A DNA stretch of 11,836 bases from Candidatus Hodarchaeota archaeon. GTDB lineage: Archaea; Asgardarchaeota; Heimdallarchaeia; Hodarchaeales; Hodarchaeaceae. Made by a program: the position numbers and the translations under genes. This document shows positions 1-6,233 of this stretch, piece after piece; position 1 is the stretch's first letter, and every line of letters begins with the position of its first letter. The stretch spans positions 1-11,836 of the forward strand of contig JAEOTC010000011.1 in the NCBI GenBank assembly GCA_016840035.1, read 5' to 3'. The notes beneath the pieces were generated by a model. The model was not told where the DNA came from. It made no database searches and worked only from the letters and a program-made list of their open reading frames with translations.

Positions 1-53
1 CACTTACTCGTAAAAGATTGGAAAGGTATTTTGATGACTAGAGGTTTAATACA

Positions 54-81
54 GTCTAATGTCTGTCTTTTTGATTTTCGG
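54..81 (+). repeat. Remnant (3' end only) of the inter-gene direct repeat
   Basis: gtctaatgtctgtctttttgattttcgg matches the 3' end of the copy at 2313-2340 (gtctgatgtctgtctttttaattttcgg) with 2 mismatches in 28 nt. The upstream part of the repeat is not clearly recognisable. Confidence 0.65.
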
Positions 82-197
82 GGCTTGAGGATTTGCATTT
101 GATGTTTATTTCTAGTAAGAAAAAATCCATCCAGGTGAAAATTCAGTATGTTTTTTTAGTTCTTTGTGAATTCATATAGGTCGAACGGTTTTTCGCG

Positions 198-797
198 ATG
201 CACAAATATATCAAGGTGGGTCTAATTGGAGTTCTCATCTTCTTCTCTACATTTTTCTTTCTCTTCTTTTCTTCTGGGGGAATTCCTCCTCCACAGTATA
301 TTATTCATTCTTCCATCGATCTATCTAATGTAAATGGATTTGATAGTAATAATGACACCGAAATCGACACTATTAGAATAAATTTATTTAATTCTGGTTT
401 TAGGACCGAGCAACTCATTAATATTGATTTCACGCTGATGGATAAGAATTGGAATTTGACGAATTCGACTTATCCGTTTGAATTATTACCCGTTGAGGTT
501 GGTGATATAACTTTATCAGCGGTATCCAATAATGATCAAATTAGTTCTTTTGATGAGATTTATATCGATTTTTATTTTGCCAGTGCGGGGACTAAACCAG
601 CCTTCACTCTTACTGATAATGATATCATATGGCAAGAAGAGAGTTCATTCAGCTTACGAAATAGGGTAGAAATTGATAAAGTTTATGTAGATACTCAATT
701 ATTTGTGGAATCTCTTTTATATTATGCACTTCTCAGTTTAGGCATCACTTTTCTGATCTTATTTATCTACTTGATCCTATTTAAAAGGGATGTATAA
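198..797 (+). CDS. Hypothetical membrane protein with N- and C-terminal TM helices and an extracellular beta-rich domain
   Basis: 199-aa ORF with hydrophobic N-terminus (VGLIGVLIFFSTFFFLFF) and C-terminus (LLYYALLSLGITFLILFIYLILF-KR). The acidic Asn/Asp-rich middle has N-x-S/T sequons. Confidence 0.8.
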   Translation: MHKYIKVGLIGVLIFFSTFFFLFFSSGGIPPPQYIIHSSIDLSNVNGFDSNNDTEIDTIRINLFNSGFRTEQLINIDFTLMDKNWNLTNSTYPFELLPVEVGDITLSAVSNNDQISSFDEIYIDFYFASAGTKPAFTLTDNDIIWQEESSFSLRNRVEIDKVYVDTQLFVESLLYYALLSLGITFLILFIYLILFKRDV

Positions 798-975
798 GAA
801 TTATTCAAAGAACTAATGATCAATACGACTGACACACGCGTACAGACTCATTTTCGTGCTAACTTATACGGTTTTCCTCTCTGTTATCATCTTATTGTAA
901 TTAAAGTATAAACCACTTGAGACGCTTCCAAGTATTAGAAAAAAAGAGCCATCTTATCATTCGCAGGATTCTTTC

Positions 976-1527
976 TCATTGAATGGTAAGAATGGCCTCT
1001 CCTATGGATTGTTCTAAACCCTTTTTTGTTTCCGTTTCAGTAACTTGGATAATTGTTTCCATCTTTGAAGAATAACGGCCATAGTCAGGGTGCGCTTCAC
1101 TATCAACAGAAAAAATAACAGCTACCGCGGGGTTATCGGGGTCATCGGGGTCATCAAGCTGAACTCGACCAATCCATAATGGAGTAGAACTTATAGTGGG
1201 TCGTGAAGAAAGTGACTTTGCTATATTTCGTAATAGTACGTGGGCTGTTTTACCTACAAGCATAATCCTGCGGATTTGGCTATCAATTCTTAGCAGTCCT
1301 TTCGTTTTTGTTTTTCGTTTTTCATAAGAAAATTCTTGAAGTCTGCTTGTTGTGTTAATAGAACGCTTTTTTTTCTGAGTAAGAGTGTCGAGAATTGCAT
1401 AAACTCTATTTCTTGTTACATCTAACTCTTTCGCTATGAACTCAGTGTCTTTTCCTTCGATGAAAAATTCAAGAACTTTTGACTCTTTTTCAGTCAAAAA
1501 TGTATCTTTAATCCACATACTTGACAT
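976..1527 (-). CDS. HTH DNA-binding protein / transcriptional regulator (Tfx- or LuxR/GerE-like N-terminal HTH)
   Basis: FLTEKESKVLEFFIEGKDTEFIAKELDVTRNRVYAIL fits the LT-x-(R/K)E-x-x-VL...G....IA.EL..T...V HTH pattern. Start moved from the ORF-track 1707 to ATG 1527 (or 1518), because the extra 60 aa largely translate a 66-bp AT-rich tandem repeat; a GGTG SD-like motif precedes ATG 1527. Confidence 0.8.
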   Translation of the reverse strand: MSSMWIKDTFLTEKESKVLEFFIEGKDTEFIAKELDVTRNRVYAILDTLTQKKKRSINTTSRLQEFSYEKRKTKTKGLLRIDSQIRRIMLVGKTAHVLLRNIAKSLSSRPTISSTPLWIGRVQLDDPDDPDNPAVAVIFSVDSEAHPDYGRYSSKMETIIQVTETETKKGLEQSIGEAILTIQ

Positions 1528-1662
1528 TCCTAAAGCACCACTTAATATCAGAATATTAGAATACATAAACGTTTGTAATAAAATATTAATAATTCCTAAA
1601 GCACCGCTTAATATCAGAATATTACTATATATAAATGTTTGTAATAAAACATTAATAATTCC
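1526..1662. repeat. 66-bp tandem duplication (2 copies + 5 bp) in the divergent intergenic region
   Basis: Unit attcctaaagcacc(a/g)cttaatatcagaatatta...ataaa(c/t)gtttgtaataaaa(t/c)attaata starts at 1526 and 1592; attcc recurs at 1658. Confidence 0.95.
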
Positions 1663-1668
1663 ATTTCC

Positions 1669-1690
1669 AACATATAATATATTATATGTT
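1669..1690. promoter_or_regulatory. Perfect 22-bp palindrome, candidate operator
   Basis: AACATATAATATATTATATGTT is its own reverse complement. It lies between the divergent HTH gene and the 1746 ORF. The operator role is inferred. Confidence 0.6.
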
Positions 1691-1745
1691 ATAAAGAGGG
1701 GAAACATTTTTATCTATTCAATACTATGTTATTACATGAGTTGAA

Positions 1746-2054
1746 ATGTCTAAACCCCCTCTTCAAATAGTTTTCGATTTAACGACTTTTTTGATAACAA
1801 CAATAGAAATAGAAGAGTCTACCTTTAAGGCCCGTAGAAAATACTTAAGAGACGTCTTCGAGAAGGCTGATGATCTTTGGCTAATAACATGGCAATATAA
1901 TATCACTGACGAAGAAATGGGAGCCAGATTAACTGTAGAAGAAATGGAAAAAATTGTATCCCCAATTATTCACACATTAAAATACTTTGAAGTAAGTACT
2001 TATCAAGAGATTCTTGAAATCCGTCTTGGATTTCAACACAAAATGATCCCTTGA
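1746..2054 (+). CDS. Hypothetical protein
   Basis: 102-aa ATG ORF with natural composition, divergent from the HTH gene; no family recognised. Confidence 0.6.
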   Translation: MSKPPLQIVFDLTTFLITTIEIEESTFKARRKYLRDVFEKADDLWLITWQYNITDEEMGARLTVEEMEKIVSPIIHTLKYFEVSTYQEILEIRLGFQHKMIP

Positions 2055-2234
2055 TTCTAAAAGATTTCATATGGTAAGACAGAACGACAACGATTGAAAA
2101 GACATCTTCGAAGATTGAAAGTCACCTTTTGAATTATGGATGAATAATCTTTTTATCAAATCCTATGAGATAAGACTTCGTTTAACCTTAAGCTGGATGT
2201 GAGAGTTGTGGAGAACCTTTGGCGGTGTGAATCG

Positions 2235-2340
2235 TGTGGAAAACGAGTAATGTTAGAAAATACTATCGTCAGGTGGCTTGAGGAGCGTAATTCTTTGAGG
2301 TTGAGTGTTTCGGTCTGATGTCTGTCTTTTTAATTTTCGG
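2235..2340 (+). repeat. Inter-gene direct repeat copy (lacks the 5' tgccac...cacgggct part)
   Basis: tgtggaaaacgagta...ctatcgtcaggtggcttgaggagcgtaattctttgagg...tttcggtctgatgtctgtctttttaattttcgg aligns with the copies at 3497, 4531, 5161 and 8981. Confidence 0.95.
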
Positions 2341-2373
2341 TGATCTAAAAGTCCTGAAATGTCTTGACCAACT

Positions 2374-3321
2374 TCAAATGCGTATTCTCTTGTTTTGTCT
2401 TCTTTGAGGAATCATAATGAGTGCTACTACACTCATCGCAACCACCACAGGAAGAAGCATGAGGGGCGTTTCTTCCGTGGTCGTCATGGTTGTGGTAATC
2501 GTTGTGGTTGTGGTCGTTGTAGTGGTAGTTGGTTGAGTAGTTGTGGTCGTGGGTGGGTGCGGGTCATCCACTGCTGTTTTCACCAGTCCATACACGGCCT
2601 CATCCTGATATAGATCAGAATGAAATAGATTTTCAACCTCTATATTATGTGCTCCGTCAAGTGGAGAAGATATATATGAGACCCACTCATCATCTCGACT
2701 ATAAATGGATGTATAATTGATAGTTCCTGGAATATGAGTACTGTTATAGATAATTCCCGAAATAGGATCTGTCCGATTCCCTAGAGTATCGTTTAAAATA
2801 CCCCCTGGAGTTTCATCCCCTTCGTTCATACTTGATGCCCATGGAAGATAATCAGGACATGAAGTATAACGAGAGGGAATATCCCCATGATGATCAGCCC
2901 CCAAACTCGCATAATCATCAACCTTATCTATCCCCCCCAAATATTTGATATAATACCTGCTACTCAATCCGCCCATACTATGTCCGACAAGATCAATTTT
3001 TTCCGCACCAGTGTCATTTAAAATGGTGTCTACCCATTGTTTTATCCTATTGGCATTGTTTATATTTGCTTGAACATCACAATTACTCCTATCATCAAAA
3101 TTATAGGCATAGAGAGCTGTCTCCAGCCATCCATCAGCTTTGAACCACTCTTTCATGGTGACCCAATCCATCATGCTTTTCGTCCATCCATGAAGAAATA
3201 AGATTGGATTATGGTCTTGTGACTCTTTAATTTTCGTTGTGCTGGCCTTAACACCGACAAAACAGGGTGAGATTAGAATTATCGTTACTACGATTAATAT
3301 CGCCTTATTTCGTCCACTCAC
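2374..3321 (-). CDS. Secreted, C-terminally anchored alpha/beta-hydrolase (Lipase_2 / LipA-like lipase-esterase)
   Basis: Signal peptide; oxyanion motif PILFLHGW; nucleophile elbow DLVGHSMGG; candidate Asp (YSRDD) and His (FHSDL); poly-Thr linker (2476-2550), TM helix and basic tail. Confidence 0.93.
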   Translation of the reverse strand: MSGRNKAILIVVTIILISPCFVGVKASTTKIKESQDHNPILFLHGWTKSMMDWVTMKEWFKADGWLETALYAYNFDDRSNCDVQANINNANRIKQWVDTILNDTGAEKIDLVGHSMGGLSSRYYIKYLGGIDKVDDYASLGADHHGDIPSRYTSCPDYLPWASSMNEGDETPGGILNDTLGNRTDPISGIIYNSTHIPGTINYTSIYSRDDEWVSYISSPLDGAHNIEVENLFHSDLYQDEAVYGLVKTAVDDPHPPTTTTTQPTTTTTTTTTTITTTMTTTEETPLMLLPVVVAMSVVALIMIPQRRQNKRIRI

Positions 3322-3496
3322 ATGTGATTCTCTCCGAAATTAGACAAATAGTATTAGATACGATTATCCCTTATATTAAGTTTTAGAACTCAAGATTCAT
3401 AATCCGCTTTTTTATTTATTCTTCTGAATCTATAGAGGTATAACCAGTCATTTGGCTATCGTCCTTTCATATTCCTCCTGTTTTGCAGAGTAACGA

Positions 3497-3639
3497 GCTG
3501 CCACTACTCGCACACGGGCTAATTGTCTATAAAATGGTGGAAAACGAGTATTGTCAAAAATCCTATCGTCAGTTGGCTTTAGGAGTGTAATTCTTCGAGT
3601 TGGAGTGTTTCGGTCTGGTGTCTGGTTTTTAGTTTTCGG
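3497..3639 (+). repeat. Inter-gene direct repeat, full-length copy
   Basis: gctgccactactcgcacacgggctaatt...gtggaaaacgagtatt...ctatcgtcagttggctttaggagtgtaattcttcgagttggagtgtttcggtctggtgtctggtttttagttttcgg. Confidence 0.95.
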
Positions 3640-3669
3640 AGAAGGTAAGTTTCAAATATTTGAATACTC

Positions 3670-4554
3670 ATGTCAATTGAAGTAGATCTCTTGGCACAAC
3701 CAGCTTTTACATATGACATTCAAAGATCTCCACCGCAACTGAACCCACTCTTTCAGCTCTTCTTCTTATGGGACCCACCTCCTTCATCCTATTCCATCCA
3801 TGATGACCGTGGGAATGACATTCTGATCATCCAACCGCTGAGTAAGAAAAGCATCAGGTTTGGGTGGCTTGTTGTTCGAAGGATTATCAGCTGGATTCTC
3901 CTCATTATCTTTTTTCAAGCCATTTTTGTCGTGATATCAAGTATCATGACTAATACTCCCACTCAGTTACTTGAATTAATCGCTCCAATACTTCCATTTA
4001 TCATACTCTTGTTTGGATTAGCAATACCTCAGTGGATTATAGGTAAATTCATTGGTGAATTTGAGAAATATCAACTCGTTCAAAGTCCTGATGGCACTCA
4101 GATGGGAGAAATAATAAAAACGGACTCTTTTGGAAACAAGTGGAAGATTTTAGACCCATTTAAGGAAAAGCATGCCAGTATATCGATATATGACCCCTCC
4201 CTCCGCATTTCAGGGAAGTACAGACAACTTAGAGAGGCTCAACTTCATACAGGAGAGGTACAAACAACTTTTGGCGTATACAAAGCAGAAGCGTCCTACC
4301 AAACTGAAAAACGCGGGGAGAAAAGGATTCAAAAAACTACTGAGTGCTCTATTACTGATTCAAATGACAATTTATCCTTCATAGTAAAATGGCTTGACTT
4401 TATAGAGTATTCCAAATCAGGAAGAGAATATAGAATTGATTCTTATGGGACTTTGACTCCTTTTCTTGTATGTTCAATATCTATTTGTTTAATTGAAAGG
4501 TTCCTCACTCGTTATCGTGAATATAGAATACCACGCCGGCCGGCTGGTATTTGA
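3670..4554 (+). CDS. Membrane protein with two TM helices and a possible LURP-one/scramblase (tubby-like) domain
   Basis: 294-aa ORF with two hydrophobic helices (approx. aa 72-125). Repeated 'Y/W-x-I-x-D-x-x-G' beta-hairpin motifs and the terminal EYRIDSYGTLTPFLVCSISICLIE strand-plus-helix are typical of LURP-one/scramblase folds. Recognised by pattern only. Confidence 0.7.
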   Translation: MSIEVDLLAQPAFTYDIQRSPPQLNPLFQLFFLWDPPPSSYSIHDDRGNDILIIQPLSKKSIRFGWLVVRRIISWILLIIFFQAIFVVISSIMTNTPTQLLELIAPILPFIILLFGLAIPQWIIGKFIGEFEKYQLVQSPDGTQMGEIIKTDSFGNKWKILDPFKEKHASISIYDPSLRISGKYRQLREAQLHTGEVQTTFGVYKAEASYQTEKRGEKRIQKTTECSITDSNDNLSFIVKWLDFIEYSKSGREYRIDSYGTLTPFLVCSISICLIERFLTRYREYRIPRRPAGI

Positions 4555-4656
4555 GAAAATTGTGGAAACTGAGTGGACCTATCGTCAGTTGGCTTTAGGA
4601 GTGTAATTCTTCGAGTAGGAGCGTGTCGGTCTGGCGTCTGGTTTTTTCCTTTTCGG
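4531..4656 (+). repeat. Inter-gene direct repeat copy; overlaps the stop codon of the upstream gene
   Basis: ggctggtatttgagaaaattgtggaaac...cctatcgtcagttggctttaggagtgtaattcttcgagtaggagcgtgtcggtctggcgtctggttttttccttttcgg; the 5' boundary is approximate. Confidence 0.92.
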
Positions 4657-4806
4657 AGCGAGAGTATTTGAATTCGTATGGGATAATTTTGGATATTCCC
4701 GCCCCTGTTGAACCTTTCTTCAAATTAGTAAGTTGAGTTATCCTGATAGAATTTTAAGGAGCTTTTGGTAAAACCTTATAAAAGTCAGTGATGCCCTTCA
4801 CATCCT

Positions 4807-5061
4807 ATGGCAAAAAAAAAGTATTACCTTTGTGTTATGTTTGTCGTTATTGGTCTGTTCCTCATCATTTCTGGTATCGTAGCATATGACCGTCGAATGG
4901 CTATGGATGGAAATACACGGGCAGCGACAAGAGCAAGAGATGAGCCCGCTTTCCTTGGATTATTCATTATTGGTGCATCTATTATCACTTCTCTAATAAT
5001 TTACTATGATGAACGCAGTAAGAAACAGTGGGAAGCACAGAAAACTTCTGGAAGCACTTGA
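4807..5061 (+). CDS. Small two-TM membrane protein
   Basis: 84 aa with a basic N-terminus and two hydrophobic helices. An aaaaccttataaa BRE/TATA-like motif lies about 30 nt upstream. Confidence 0.75.
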   Translation: MAKKKYYLCVMFVVIGLFLIISGIVAYDRRMAMDGNTRAATRARDEPAFLGLFIIGASIITSLIIYYDERSKKQWEAQKTSGST

Positions 5062-5160
5062 CGCTTGCAGAAAGTCCTGTATTGAGGTATTTTCCATTCA
5101 ATTTATATCATGTATTCCGATAACTAGTTACAGTGTAACCAATTGATCAGATCATTATGA

Positions 5161-5272
5161 ACGGGCTGATTATCAAATCATTGGGTAAAATTCTGAGAAA
5201 AATCTAGCATCAGTTGGTTTAGGAGCGTAAATCCTCGAGTAGGAGCAATTCGGTCTGATGTCTGCTTTTTCG
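5161..5272 (+). repeat. Inter-gene direct repeat, diverged copy overlapped by the 3' end of the 5219-5911 ORF
   Basis: acgggctgatt...tgagaaaaatctagcatcagttggtttaggagcgtaaatcctcgagtaggagcaattcggtctgatgtctgctttttcg. Confidence 0.9.
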
Positions 5273-5911
5273 TCTTTTAACCAAACCTCGTGTTGTAACA
5301 ATAGCCATGATGGGGGGAAATAGCTCAAATCCTGGACTTTTTAATCCCCCTGTTTCTGTGGTCAATTCTACCTCTCTGGTAACTTGGGAGTTATTTGTGG
5401 ATTTGAAATAATTGTAAGTTTTCCAACCAGTTTTCCAGTTCCATTTAGTGATGCTCTTCTGATGAAAGCTGCCATACTCTCCTTCAAGTTCATGAACAAT
5501 ATGATCTCCCTCTATAGAATAACCTTCCTGATCTTTATATTTTTCTTCCCAATAAGTCTTATTATCCGTTGTTTGACGAACTGCTTCCAGAAGTGACGTA
5601 TTTCTTGCGAATATAATTCCATTCATCTCAATGTTTCCATATACAATCGCATATTTAATTGACATAATTGTATATTTTACAGTTGATCCCTTTTGTAGTG
5701 TAATATTGAATTTATTTCCCTCTTCATCTGTTCCTTCTCGAATCTCTTGGTTATTTTTTGCTTTATCGATAAGTTTTGTATAAGTTAGCGTCAAAGTATC
5801 TCCTGCTTCAACTTTCCATTCGAAATTTTCCTTAGAAACACCCGCTATAACTATTTTCAAGAGTCCTAACCACATTATTATAATAACTAACCATATCAAT
5901 TTCTTTTTCAA
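5219..5911 (-). CDS. Secreted/surface protein with a degenerate PGF-CTERM-like tail
   Basis: TTG start with GAGGAGGT SD just upstream; MKKK plus hydrophobic signal peptide; C-terminal SPGFE-hydrophobic-KRRK. The last ~16 codons are read through the repeat. Confidence 0.85.
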   Translation of the reverse strand: MKKKLIWLVIIIMWLGLLKIVIAGVSKENFEWKVEAGDTLTLTYTKLIDKAKNNQEIREGTDEEGNKFNITLQKGSTVKYTIMSIKYAIVYGNIEMNGIIFARNTSLLEAVRQTTDNKTYWEEKYKDQEGYSIEGDHIVHELEGEYGSFHQKSITKWNWKTGWKTYNYFKSTNNSQVTREVELTTETGGLKSPGFELFPPIMAIVTTRGLVKRRKSRHQTELLLLEDLRS

Positions 5912-6030
5912 TGGTAAACCTCCTCGAGGAAACAGTCATAAAGATTCATTTTCCTCCTTGCTTAAAAGGTTAGTTCCTATTGAGTAGGCCTCCCTTTGTT
6001 ATCGGTATTAGATAAGTGAATCACAAAATC

Positions 6031-6130
6031 GTTGCCACTAATCGCACTCGGACTTTTTTAAGAAAAATTTGAGACCATTGTGGACACCGAGTCTTTTCTA
6101 CAAATACTCTTGTCAGGTAGCTTTAATTTT
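6031..6130 (+). repeat. Inter-gene direct repeat, degenerate copy with internal deletion
   Basis: gttgccactaatcgcactcggact...tttgagaccattgtggacaccgagtctttt...aaatactcttgtcaggtagcttt matches the 5' half, then jumps directly to aatttt. Confidence 0.8.
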
Positions 6131-6233
6131 GTGCCACAAAGTATTTTTTCACAAAACTCTTCATCAGATTTTTTAAAGGCGAAGAATACTGTTTCAGCTA
6201 TGGTTGTCATAGTGTCAAATCGAGGGATTTGAT

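Noticed and set aside
820-862. Possible highly degenerate repeat copy (acgactgacacacgcg...ttttcg) after the 198-797 gene
   Set aside because: Similarity is too short and gapped to distinguish from chance by eye; worth rechecking with a profile model.
1528-1707. N-terminal 60-aa extension of the HTH ORF, and the antisense 1436-1744 ORF
   Set aside because: Both are largely translations of the AT-rich 66-bp tandem repeat, which is stop-free in these frames and a multiple of 3; the HTH homology starts after Met 1527/1518.
2055-2132. In-frame continuation (SYGKTERQRLKRHLRRLKVTF) after the stop of the 1746 ORF
   Set aside because: Two stops (TGA, TAA) intervene, and there is no evidence for readthrough or a longer ancestral gene.
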